Source: Desulfomonilia bacterium
GTDB lineage: Bacteria; Desulfobacterota; Desulfomonilia; UBA1062
DNA: 64,000 nucleotides
NCBI GenBank assembly: GCA_963664325.2
Contig: CAXXDQ010000005.1
Location: forward strand, 1 to 64,000
Direction of reading: 5' to 3'
Shown here in pieces: positions 1 through 9,475 of the stretch. Positions within the stretch are counted from its first letter, which is position 1. Each line of letters opens with the position of its first letter. The notes beneath the pieces are model-generated. The model was given only the letters and a program-made list of their open reading frames with translations. It was not told the DNA's origin and did no database searches. The translations under genes were made by a program, and so were the position numbers.

Positions 1-603
1 TTCACCCTGTCGCTTTCACGCTCCATGGTCAAGTTTACGGAAGACCTGTATTACCGGCCGGCAATGGTGGAGAAGGCGCTAAAGAAAATGACCGAGGACT
101 TTATCGCTTTCGGCGTGGGTTTGTGCAAGGCCGCCGGTGTGACCATCATGAAAATGGCCGAAGAACGGGCCGGTGCTTTTTTCTATCCCCTTAATGTTTT
201 TGAGCGGTTCTGGTGGCCCTATACCCAGCAGATTGTCGACGCCTTCATGTCGGAAGGAATTCAGATCAGTTTCCATCTCGATACGTGCTGGGACAAGAAC
301 ATCCCCTATTTCAAGAAGTTGCCCAGAAAGTCAGCTATCCTGGAGCTCGACGGAACGACCAATATCTTTGCAGCTAAAGAAATCCTGAGGAACCATCTGT
401 GCATCGCCAGTGATATTCATCCCACGCTCATGTCGCTTGGAAGTCCCGAAGATGTGGCCGATTATTGCAAAAAGCTCATCGATGAAGTGGGCGGGGATGG
501 AGGGCATATCCTTTCGACCGCCTGCAGTCTTCCCGCTGCCGCTAAAAAAGAAAACTTCAGGGCTATGCTTAAAACTGGCAAGACTTATGAGTTGTCCAGA
601 TAA
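1..603 (+). CDS. Uroporphyrinogen decarboxylase (URO-D)/MtaA-CmuA family protein, 5'-partial
   Basis: Frame is open from base 1. C-terminal URO-D-like motifs: FERFWWPY, FHLD, LGSPEDVADYCKKLIDEVG, GHILSTAC. Confidence 0.75.
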   Translation, partial: FTLSLSRSMVKFTEDLYYRPAMVEKALKKMTEDFIAFGVGLCKAAGVTIMKMAEERAGAFFYPLNVFERFWWPYTQQIVDAFMSEGIQISFHLDTCWDKNIPYFKKLPRKSAILELDGTTNIFAAKEILRNHLCIASDIHPTLMSLGSPEDVADYCKKLIDEVGGDGGHILSTACSLPAAAKKENFRAMLKTGKTYELSR

Positions 604-928
604 TGCATTAAGGGATATGGCGCTGATACGGACGCCACCCGGTCTTTGATTGAACCATTCGGGACGCTACAGGGTACTTCCAAGAGAATAGTGAGCTGAA
701 CGGCAAACTTGATTGTTCAGCCGGGTCCTTGGGAGGACTGTCTTGCAATCGTAGATATATTCCATCAGAAAAACGCAAGGGAAGTTGAAAATATTGATGA
801 TGCGTTAAAGCATGATGAAGGGATTGAATATATACTCATGACTGGGGGGAAAAGCTGTATTTCAGGGCAATTTCACATGACCACGTAGCGGCGGTATTTT
901 AAAAGGGACAGGGATAAGGGCTCATTTA

Positions 929-1580
929 TTATTCAACAAGTATGACAAACAACTTTTCCGGACCGTGCATACCCTTGAATGGGGTCGCCTGAATATCTGC
1001 GGTTGAACTCGGGCCCGTGATGAAGATGAGCTGGCTTGGCACGGTTTCGATGCTTTCAATTGCTGTTTCATAGGTCGGAAAAAGCTTTTCAGTATGAATT
1101 ATGGCTATATGGATTGGCGGGGCGATGGAGACAAGGCGTGGCATATCCCTGTTAACGGCAATTCGATGGTGCCGGACTCGGCAACGGCGAATGCGGCCCC
1201 GGTCAGACCCGCATCGACTGAAAAGGCCTTCTCTTTGAGTGCCTCTCTTTCGAGAAGGATTTCTATCGATACAACCTCGATACCGTTTGATGCTCCCCAT
1301 TCAGGCACCTCGAGCGATTTCACGGTATCGTCATTTGATGTAATCACCGATTTGATGCCCTCGGCCATTGATATTTCCGAAAGGATGCGCTTCAAATCCG
1401 ACATGCCGGAAGTCCTGCGCAAGACTCCTGCCTGAGCGGCAAGCTCGTTTGAAAAGCGCTCTATCATGGCCTCTCTGTTTAAAGACATTTCTGAAAGAGG
1501 AGGCATAACCGGTCTCGGCTGAACAGGTTCTCTTTGCGCCGATTTAAGGCCATAAAAATTCTGTCTCTTGCCGATTGCAT
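929..1580 (-). CDS. lutC: Lactate utilization protein C (LUD domain), frameshifted
   Basis: AVAESGT and ITGPSSTADIQ...GMHGP lie in two frames joined by a 1-bp deletion near 1163. The likely start ATG (MQSARDRIF) overlaps the lutB stop as TAATG, which implies a second indel near 1555. Confidence 0.8.
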
Positions 1581-2993
1581 TATGCGCCATTCCTGCTGAG
1601 GCCTTTCCACAATTCATGAAAGGTCCTGTCTGCGATCTTCGGCAGATCCCGGCATGAAAACCAGCCGCCGGCCTTGCCCTCAATGCTGCTGATGTAACCC
1701 TCATGCACTTTTTTGCTCAGAACCAGGCGGGCTGATTTGATAACCAGATTCCATGCAAGGCCGTTCTGCATTGCTAGGGCTGCGGATGCGTAAAGAGCTT
1801 TCTCGCCTGCCTCCATCATTCCTGCAATTTTCGAGCGGTAATAAAGGAACAGTTCTGGATGGTCTATCCCTGCAGGACAGACCTCCCTGCACGCGCCGCA
1901 TAGCGTGCAGGAACAGAACAGCTCTTTTGTCTGTTCCAATCCGAGAAGAAGCGGGTTCAGCATCTGGCCCATCGGGCCTGAATAGGCAAACCCGTAAGGA
2001 TAGCCCCCTATCTTGGAATATACAGGGCAGATGTTCAGGCATGCACCGCAGCGTATGCATCTGAGCACTTGTCTGGTGACCGGGTCCTTATATATTTCAG
2101 ACCTGCCGTTATCGAGTATGACGATATGGAGTTCTTTCGGGCCGTCTGTTTCGTCCGGTCTGGCAGGTCCGGTATCCAGGGTGACATATCCTGATATTTT
2201 CTGTCCGACACAATTCCTGCACAGTATTCTTATGATGTGAAGCGCATCTTTTATATCGGGCACCACCTTTTCAAGGCTCATGACGGCAACAAGCGTTTCA
2301 GGGCAGCTCTTGGTCAGGCGGATATTGCCTTCGTTTTCAACATTGATGAATGAGCCGTTTGAAGCGACCGCCGTGTTTCACCCCGGTAATGCCCGCTTTA
2401 AGGTTCCTGAACCTGTCCCTCAGATGGGTTCTGACGGCCTTGCCGAGGGTTATGGCATCATCTGTCGGCTTGTCGATGATGCCCTTTTCGAAGAAAAGCC
2501 CGCTTATTTCGGAAACCGGGATATTGATTGCCGGACCCACTATATGAAAGGGCGGTCTTTTAAGCTGCTGTATGATGAATTCACCGAGATCTGTTTCAAA
2601 CGTTTCGATTCCACCCTCGGCAAGTGCGCTGTTAAGGCCTATTTCCTCGGTGACCATGGATTTGCCTTTTGTGATGAATCCGGCGCCTTTTTCCCTGCAC
2701 AGATTCAGGATGTATTCGTTTGCAGCCTGAGAATCTTTTGCCCAGAAAATTTTGGCGCCGTTCTTTATAGCATTTGACTCAAATTCTTCAAGAATCTCTG
2801 GCAGCCTCGCAACCGATTCCCGCCGGATTGAGCGCGAAAGTCCGATCGCGGCCGCAGGGTCGGGAAAGCTGGCCATTGACATCTGGCGCATAACTGCAAA
2901 TCCCGGGGGCAGTATTGAAAGAAATGCCTGGGTCATGGGATTGGCCATTTCTTTTCTTGCCTTCTCTATAAAAAGCCGCGTGCTGCTTCCCAT
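1580..2993 (-). CDS. lutB: Lactate utilization protein B (LUD + 4Fe-4S), frameshifted
   Basis: KGKSMVTEEI, ETDLGEFIIQ, ENEGNIR, CIRCGACLNICP, CTLCGACREVCP. One extra A near 2378 splits ORFs 2337..2993 and 1580..2281. Confidence 0.88.
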
Positions 2994-3719
2994 TCATTCC
3001 TCCCGGCCTGCCAGAAGGCTGGCAATGTGCATGGCCTTTTTATCCGGGTGGTGCCTGTGGAGATAGCCACTGATGTTAAGCAGGCAGCCCGGCTCGGATA
3101 GAATAAGCACATCTGCGCCCGAGGCAATGAAACCGTCAGTCTTGTCTCTTACAAGCGCCTCCGAAATCTCCGGAAAATTATTTGAAAATTCACCGCCGAA
3201 GCCGCAGCAGGAATCTGCGCTTGTGAGTGGCACAACCTCCAGGCCCTTGACGCCGGAGATGAGTTTTTTTGCATACCCGGTAACGCCGAGCCCCCTGAGC
3301 AGGTGGCAGGACTCATGGTAGGCGGCTTTGCCCTCAAATGCGGTTCCCGTTTCGCATACACCGAGTGTGGACATGATGAATTCCGACAGTTCAAATACCC
3401 GCTTTCCAACTTTATCGGCACGTTCAAACCATTCTGGGTCATTGCCGAGAAGCTCCGGATAATGCTTTTTAACCATGTACACGCACGAGCCTGCCGGGCA
3501 GACAATGTTCTCGTCGTTTTCAAATATCCGGATAAAGCGCTTCGCAAGCTTGAGTGCATCATTTCTAAGCCCGGAATTGAAGTGTACCTGGCCGCAGCAG
3601 GTCTGCTCCTTATGGTAGACTACTTCGCAGCCGAGCCGTTTTAGAAGCCTGTATGAGGAGATACCGATTTCCGGCAACAGTACATCGACGGTGCAGGGTA
3701 TGAACAGCGAGACTTTCAT
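2994..3719 (-). CDS. lutA: Lactate utilization protein A (two CCG domains)
   Basis: MKVSLFIPC, QTCCGQ, YHESCHLLR, CCGFGG; adjacent to lutB and lutC. Confidence 0.9.
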   Translation of the reverse strand: MKVSLFIPCTVDVLLPEIGISSYRLLKRLGCEVVYHKEQTCCGQVHFNSGLRNDALKLAKRFIRIFENDENIVCPAGSCVYMVKKHYPELLGNDPEWFERADKVGKRVFELSEFIMSTLGVCETGTAFEGKAAYHESCHLLRGLGVTGYAKKLISGVKGLEVVPLTSADSCCGFGGEFSNNFPEISEALVRDKTDGFIASGADVLILSEPGCLLNISGYLHRHHPDKKAMHIASLLAGREE

Positions 3720-4378
3720 CCTGCGGTGTTCGGTTCGAATGGCGCAGGATTGGCGGGTTCATTTCCGGGAAGTGCTCCAGGAGGGGAAATGAGCCTGACT
3801 CTGTCTTTCTTTATGTCCTCATAGAAAACAACTTTACTTGTTACCCAGTACGGGCCGACCCATATTGCCGCAATCCCGCAGGTGATGATGCACAGAAGGA
3901 ACCAGCCGATGAATCTTCCCATCAGGCATGCGTATTTCCATTTGTACCCGTCCATCATCTCCTTGCTCTTTTTGATTGCAGCCATGCCGTCAATTCCAGG
4001 ATTTTCAGCCATGATTATGAATATCATCGCATAGGACAAAGCAGCTATAATGCCGGGAACGATTAAAAGCAGTGTCCAGAGAAGTATAAATATCGACGCC
4101 AGAAGATAGGCTATGAAGGCGTCAAGGAAGCTTTTGAATCCATCGAATATAACTGCCATGCGCGGGGTTTCACCCTTCATGAAAGGTATGAAGAAGAGGT
4201 AAAGACCAAGCGTCATCGGGCCCGCAACAATAATGCTCGCTATGCTTCCGAGTACAGGCACAATGCTCAGTATCATTAATATCGCCAGGTACACTATACA
4301 GGCTGCAATTGCATCGCCCCATCTGCCGCGCAGTATTTCCCTTGCATTGGTCATTAAATCCTTGTTTTCGATAAGCAT
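3716..4378 (-). CDS. DUF975 family membrane protein
   Basis: LWTLLLIVPGIIAALSYAM...AIKKSKEMMDGYKWK signature; several hydrophobic helices. Confidence 0.85.
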   Translation of the reverse strand: MLIENKDLMTNAREILRGRWGDAIAACIVYLAILMILSIVPVLGSIASIIVAGPMTLGLYLFFIPFMKGETPRMAVIFDGFKSFLDAFIAYLLASIFILLWTLLLIVPGIIAALSYAMIFIIMAENPGIDGMAAIKKSKEMMDGYKWKYACLMGRFIGWFLLCIITCGIAAIWVGPYWVTSKVVFYEDIKKDRVRLISPPGALPGNEPANPAPFEPNTAG

Positions 4379-4467
4379 CTTTCACCTCCCGCCTTTATAA
4401 AGGCCTATAAAAATATTAGGTGGAGCTTTTTAAAAAAGCAATAAGGGACAGAAATAACCCCATCATG

Positions 4468-4646
4468 CAGCGTGTCAGAACAAAGCAGGCCTAGCAGTGA
4501 CGTAATCGAGGAACGTGACATGCTTTATGGCATTCCTCTTCGTCTTCGCTGCACTCGGCTTGAGGAGTTAAGCATGATGTTCATGATCCCGATGTCGCGG
4601 TGACGAGAAGAGAAGCGACGCAGGGATGCGGAGTAATCTCACGCTG
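4468..4646. repeat. MITE/REP-like palindromic element, copy A
   Basis: Terminal inverted repeat CAGCGTG...CACGCTG; colinear similarity to 41839-42009 (gtcagaac..gcag.cctag..g.gacg, cggcttgagg, atgcg.agt.at). Confidence 0.65.
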
Positions 4647-4648
4647 TT

Positions 4649-5806
4649 TCAGAAAGAAGGGGTCATCGTATATAAACAAACAATCCCGTCCTGGCGGTTT
4701 ATCTCCGCTTTTGTAAGGTCCCCGTCAAGCACCTTCCTTATTAATGATATCAGCTCGTCACCGACCTCTGTAAGGCTTGCACCTTCCAGAATCCGGCCGG
4801 CGTTTATATCCATGTCATCCCCCATTTTTTCATAGAGTCTTGACGTGCTTGCGACTTTAATGACAGGGACAATGGGGAATCCAAGCGGATTGCCGCGCCC
4901 TGTAGTGAAAACCATCAACTGTGCGCCGCCGGCAGCGACTCCGGCCATGCTCTCGGCATCATAACCGGGCGCATCCATTAGGGTAACCCCTTTTTGCGAC
5001 GGGACCTCGCCGTACTCAACCACCTGTGTTATGGGATGCGAGCCCGCCTTTATAATGCAGCCCAGGGATTTTTCGCGGATGGAGCTCATACCGCCGTCCA
5101 TATTACCTGGTGCAATGACATAAGGGGCCAGGGGGCCGAGAAGGTCATGGGTCAGCTTTTCCGCTTCATCCACCATTCTGACTATTTTTTCCGCCACTTC
5201 CGGGCAGCAGGCCCGCCGGGCCAGGATGTGCGAAGTCCCGATCATTTCCGTATCTTCAGTTAAGATTACCGTGCCGCCTTTATCCACAAGCCAGTCCGTG
5301 GCCAGGCCTGTCGCCGGATTGGCTGTTATCCCTGAGAACGCATCCGAACCGCCGCATTCCAGGCCCATTATTATTTTATCGATTGGCAGCTCTTCCCTTT
5401 TAATCTTTGCTGCACCGGCTACCATGCGCTTCACGATCTCTATGCCTTTTGCCGTTGTCTTCCTGGACCCGCCCTCATCCTGTATGACAAGCTTCTGAAC
5501 TTCTTTGCCGGTTGCGGCGATTGCATCATAAAGGATGTCCGCCTTGATGGGTTCACAGCCGAGCCCGACGACAAGAACCGCCGCGCAATTCGGGTGCCTG
5601 CCGAGGTTTGAGAGCGTGCGGATGTGGAGCCCGAGTTCGACGGCCCTGGCGCATCCGTGTCCGTGGAAAATGGGGACGGCCTCGGGGACTGCCCTTGCAA
5701 TTGCTGCGGCAACACCGTTTGCACAGGCCACACTGGGAAGGATGGCTACATGGTTTCTTATCCCTGCTTTCCCGTCCTTTCTGAGATAACCTGAAAAGCT
5801 CAGCAT
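4649..5806 (-). CDS. UxaA/GarD family dehydratase, large subunit (altronate/galactarate dehydratase or SuyB-like)
   Basis: GIRNHV, HGHGC, GLGCE, GLECGGSDAFSGITANPA, PGNMDGGMSSIREKSLG, FTTGRG. Confidence 0.88.
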   Translation of the reverse strand: MLSFSGYLRKDGKAGIRNHVAILPSVACANGVAAAIARAVPEAVPIFHGHGCARAVELGLHIRTLSNLGRHPNCAAVLVVGLGCEPIKADILYDAIAATGKEVQKLVIQDEGGSRKTTAKGIEIVKRMVAGAAKIKREELPIDKIIMGLECGGSDAFSGITANPATGLATDWLVDKGGTVILTEDTEMIGTSHILARRACCPEVAEKIVRMVDEAEKLTHDLLGPLAPYVIAPGNMDGGMSSIREKSLGCIIKAGSHPITQVVEYGEVPSQKGVTLMDAPGYDAESMAGVAAGGAQLMVFTTGRGNPLGFPIVPVIKVASTSRLYEKMGDDMDINAGRILEGASLTEVGDELISLIRKVLDGDLTKAEINRQDGIVCLYTMTPSF

Positions 5807-5807
5807 C

Positions 5808-6080
5808 TCATCTCCCCTTTTCTTCAATGTCGAGGTTGTGGGTGTGAACCCATTCCCCTTTTTTTATACCGGTTTTTGCCTCGCCGATAAGTTCGCCGTA
5901 TTTGATTATATCAGCACCTTTAGCAATATCAATCAGTGCGATTTTGTGGCTGTACGGGATGTCCGAGACCGCATCAACAATTGTTCCGTCGGGTAAAGCA
6001 GCCTGTTCACCTTTCCTTATGTCAGCCAGGGCCACCGCGACATTGTCCTTTGGGTTTATTACAATCACGTTCGCTTTCAT
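5808..6080 (-). CDS. UxaA family SAF-domain small subunit (SuyA-like)
   Basis: DNVAVAL, IPYSHKIAL, IIKYGELIG, GEWVHTHN; GGAGG RBS before ATG 6080. Confidence 0.88.
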   Translation of the reverse strand: MKANVIVINPKDNVAVALADIRKGEQAALPDGTIVDAVSDIPYSHKIALIDIAKGADIIKYGELIGEAKTGIKKGEWVHTHNLDIEEKGR

Positions 6081-6274
6081 CTTTTTGCCTCCGTTAAAGC
6101 TTAACCTTCGGGGTTTATGAAGATTCAATCCTGAAACACTGCTGTGCCTGTCAAGATCGGTGTCATAAATAAAAATAATCAGGCCATGCCCTTTTGCAAA
6201 CGGGTATGCCGGGGAATCAATACCTGAACCCGGAAGGCCCTGGTGCAAAATGCATATCTCAATGGGGCTAAGTG

Positions 6275-6892
6275 CTAATTGGGTTTTGTCCAGGTTCCGC
6301 CTGAATCAACAAATTTTTTCGTCGCCTTGAGGGCCTTTTCCACCCCGCTTTTCTTGAAAGCACCCTGAACCCAGTCGGGCACTCCTTTTACAACCACGTT
6401 GCTGCCGTAGCGGGCGAGCGTTTTGTTACTGCCGTAAGTGTAAAGTTTCCAGAACCCTTTCAGATCCGTGATCTCGTTTTTATATGTCGGATCGAGATGC
6501 CAGTCAAAATAGTTGTTCGGTTTGTCAAACTGATACTGGCATTGATACCAGATTGAAAAAAACAGAATCTTGAGGCCGAATTCGACTTTAACGGGATTTT
6601 TACCTGCGAGTTTTATCTTTTTGATTTCGGCCAGGTATTTGTCCTGTTCATCAACCCTGGTCAGAAGGCTCCATGTTGATTCAACAGGCTGATTGAACAC
6701 TATGGCTGCCTCGATCAATGAATTTTCCCTTGATTTATCTGTTGTGGAAAAAATAATTTTCCCTCCGGCAAGCTCTCTCTGCTGTTCAATGCTGATGCCT
6801 TTCAGACCATCGTTTCCGAAATTAGGTTCGCCCGCCGCAGCCGAGCCTGAAAATACCAATAGACAGATGATTCCAATAAGGGTCTTTCTCAT
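6275..6892 (-). CDS. Exported SRPBCC/START-like protein
   Basis: Signal peptide; helix-grip pattern (W..L...D...KY, GFWKL, C-terminal helix) resembling 14085..14729. Confidence 0.55.
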   Translation of the reverse strand: MRKTLIGIICLLVFSGSAAAGEPNFGNDGLKGISIEQQRELAGGKIIFSTTDKSRENSLIEAAIVFNQPVESTWSLLTRVDEQDKYLAEIKKIKLAGKNPVKVEFGLKILFFSIWYQCQYQFDKPNNYFDWHLDPTYKNEITDLKGFWKLYTYGSNKTLARYGSNVVVKGVPDWVQGAFKKSGVEKALKATKKFVDSGGTWTKPN

Positions 6893-7091
6893 AACATCTC
6901 CATATAAATATGATGTTCAGCAAATAATTACGAGACTATATTACACTTTTTGCAAAAGAGGAATATTGTATTGGTGAAAAAAAATTAAACTGGTCCTGTC
7001 CTGTTTAATCTGTTTCGGGTAATTCCGCTGCCCGGACTGGCCAGGCAAGGCAGCGATTATATTTCATACTCCAATTGATACCGAAGAGGGT

Positions 7092-7778
7092 TCATTTGAG
7101 AGGATGTCCTGCATTCATCTCCCATTTCTCCGGCGCTGTGAGGATCTCGTAGGGACGGAACCTCGATTTGTAATCCATGGTTTTGCTGCCGGATACGAGG
7201 TATCCCAGGTAGTAATAAGACAACTGAAGCTCAAGGCACAATCCTATCTCCCTGATGATTGACAGGGTGCCCGGACTGAGTTTTCCGAATTCAGGATCAA
7301 AATACATATATACGCTGCTCAGACCGTCCGGAACGACATCAACAATGCTTACCCCGACTGTACGGCATGCCTTGCTGTAAACGATTTCAAATGTTTCGGC
7401 AGGCGAGTCGTAAAGAAAGGACACAAATGACATCAGGTCTCTGGACATCATACTGTCATGGTAATGGTCGAGATACCGCTTGAAGAGGTCATATTTTTCA
7501 TCGGAATACTGGGGCCTCGATATGCTTATCTTCACTTCCCTGTCATGCCTCAGGACTCTTTTCATGGACCTGCTGGGGGAAAACAGATTTACCGGAATAC
7601 GGATCTGCCTGCATTCCGAACATGACCGGCAGACAGGCCTGTAAACAACCCTGCCGCTCCTTCTGAACCCCATTGAGAGAAGCCTTCCATACAGCTCAGG
7701 ATTCAAATGATGTACATAATATTCTTCATAAGACGCATCTCTTTCAGGAAGATACGGGCATGCCTTGTCTTCTTTCAT
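7092..7778 (-). CDS. ate: Arginyl-tRNA--protein transferase family (ATE1-like/Bpt)
   Basis: CPYLP, GFRRSG..YRPVC..C..C, LSSVY.YFDP, YYYLGY, MDYK.RFRP. Confidence 0.85.
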   Translation of the reverse strand: MKEDKACPYLPERDASYEEYYVHHLNPELYGRLLSMGFRRSGRVVYRPVCRSCSECRQIRIPVNLFSPSRSMKRVLRHDREVKISISRPQYSDEKYDLFKRYLDHYHDSMMSRDLMSFVSFLYDSPAETFEIVYSKACRTVGVSIVDVVPDGLSSVYMYFDPEFGKLSPGTLSIIREIGLCLELQLSYYYLGYLVSGSKTMDYKSRFRPYEILTAPEKWEMNAGHPLK

Positions 7779-7867
7779 CAATTAAAGGAGCCGCCCTCTC
7801 GGACTTCTTTTTTCATTATTCAGCAGGCCTTCAGAAATAATTTTTTAACATATCTCGGTATCTGGTT

Positions 7868-9364
7868 TCAGCTGCCTCTTCTCAGCACATTATCGAGTGT
7901 GACTTTCCACAATGAGTATGCTTGCATGTAAGGATCTGCAAGCCGGGAATCCGGTTCAATTGTCGATATGGCCTTAAGTCCTGCAAATGCTTCGGCAATA
8001 GATTTGTAAACGTCAGAACCGATGCCGGCTCCGCGTGCCGCGCCCTGGGCTCCGTCTGTTGCAAAGAGTTCCACTGTTGCCCCGGTTGCGCATGCAAAAG
8101 CCTCGCAGAATACAGGGCTCAAGAACATATTGGCATGGCCAGCACGAACGTCTGTTGCAGGCTTCAGACCCATACCTTCCATGATCTCCAGGCCGTATTT
8201 GAGCGCGAAGACAATCCCTTCCTGCGCGGCGCGCAGAAGATGAGCCTTCGTATGTCTTATCAGATCAAGCCCCCGGACTGAAGCCCCCGGATTCCTGTTG
8301 GAAAGCGTCCTTTCGGACCCGTTCCCATAGGGCAGGATAATGAGCCCTTCGGAACCCAGTGAAACGGTTGCCGCCAGCCGGTTCATTTCCTCATAGCTCA
8401 GGCCCGGCATGTTGTGCTTGAGCCATGAATTCAGTATTCCGGTGCCGTTTAGGCACATGAGAACGCCGAAGCGGCCTCTCTTTGCCGAATGGTTCACATG
8501 TAAAAAACCGTTGACGCGGGATTCTTTATCGTAAACAGGTTTGTCGGATATGCCGTAAACAACCCCAGATGTCCCGGCAGTGGCTGCCATTTCACCCGGG
8601 TCGAGCACTTTAAGGGAAAAGGCGTTGTTGGGCTGGTCGCCGGCCCGGTAGGAAACCGGGATGCCTGCCTTAAGGCCGGTTTCTTTTGAGGCCTGCCTGG
8701 AAACAGCGCCCTGCAGGCCGAAGGAAGGTTTGATATCAGGGATGAGCTTTTCATCAATAGCATAATGCCTGAGTACAAGCCCTGCAGGGGTCGAGTCGGT
8801 ATAATCCCAGAGAATTCCCTCGGAGAGTCCTGATGCCGTAGTCGTTGACTCTCCCGTGAGCTTTAACGCGATATAATCACCCGGAAGCATGAATTTATAT
8901 ATTTTTTTATAGATGTCCGGCTCGTTTTCCTTAACCCAGGCAAGCTTTGAGGCTGTAAAGTTACCGGGAGAATTCATGAGGCGTTTCAGGCATGCGTCAT
9001 GGCCGATTGCATCAAAGGCCTTTTCCCCGATTGTGACCGCCCTGCTGTCGCACCAGATTATTGAAGGTCTGAGAGGCTTTAAATTCTTATCGATAATGAC
9101 TAGGCCATGCATCTGGTATGAAATGCCGATTGCCTCTATATCTTCAAGCACTATCCCGCAAGACTTGATTTTTTCAAGGCATGCCGATGTTTCCCTCCAC
9201 CAGATGACGGGCTCCTGTTCGGCCCAGCCCGGTTTGGGCGAGGCGATCTTCATTTCAGTTCCGGGCGCGGCTGCGGCGGTTTTCAACAGCCCGGTTTGCG
9301 TTTCAATAACCGATGCCTTTACAAATGAACTGCCGATATCGAGGCCGAGAAGCAGACCGCCCAT
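7868..9364 (-). CDS. xylB: FGGY carbohydrate kinase, xylulokinase-like
   Basis: GLDIGSS, GISYQMHG, IIWCDSR, AGDQPNNA, GTSGV, AQEGIVFA. Confidence 0.8.
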   Translation of the reverse strand: MGGLLLGLDIGSSFVKASVIETQTGLLKTAAAAPGTEMKIASPKPGWAEQEPVIWWRETSACLEKIKSCGIVLEDIEAIGISYQMHGLVIIDKNLKPLRPSIIWCDSRAVTIGEKAFDAIGHDACLKRLMNSPGNFTASKLAWVKENEPDIYKKIYKFMLPGDYIALKLTGESTTTASGLSEGILWDYTDSTPAGLVLRHYAIDEKLIPDIKPSFGLQGAVSRQASKETGLKAGIPVSYRAGDQPNNAFSLKVLDPGEMAATAGTSGVVYGISDKPVYDKESRVNGFLHVNHSAKRGRFGVLMCLNGTGILNSWLKHNMPGLSYEEMNRLAATVSLGSEGLIILPYGNGSERTLSNRNPGASVRGLDLIRHTKAHLLRAAQEGIVFALKYGLEIMEGMGLKPATDVRAGHANMFLSPVFCEAFACATGATVELFATDGAQGAARGAGIGSDVYKSIAEAFAGLKAISTIEPDSRLADPYMQAYSLWKVTLDNVLRRGS

Positions 9365-9475
9365 GCATGTTCTCCCTGGTAAAAATCTGTCCCGTTTAAT
9401 ATCATGAGACTATCCCCGATGTCACCTGATGTGTTATTCTCGTTATTAATTCATATATGCTGACGGAGGGTTCCT

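Noticed and set aside
700-890. Short open frame (WEDCLAIVDIFHQKNAREVENIDDALKH...) after the URO-D gene
   Set aside because: No clear start or RBS and no recognisable family; at most a gene relic.
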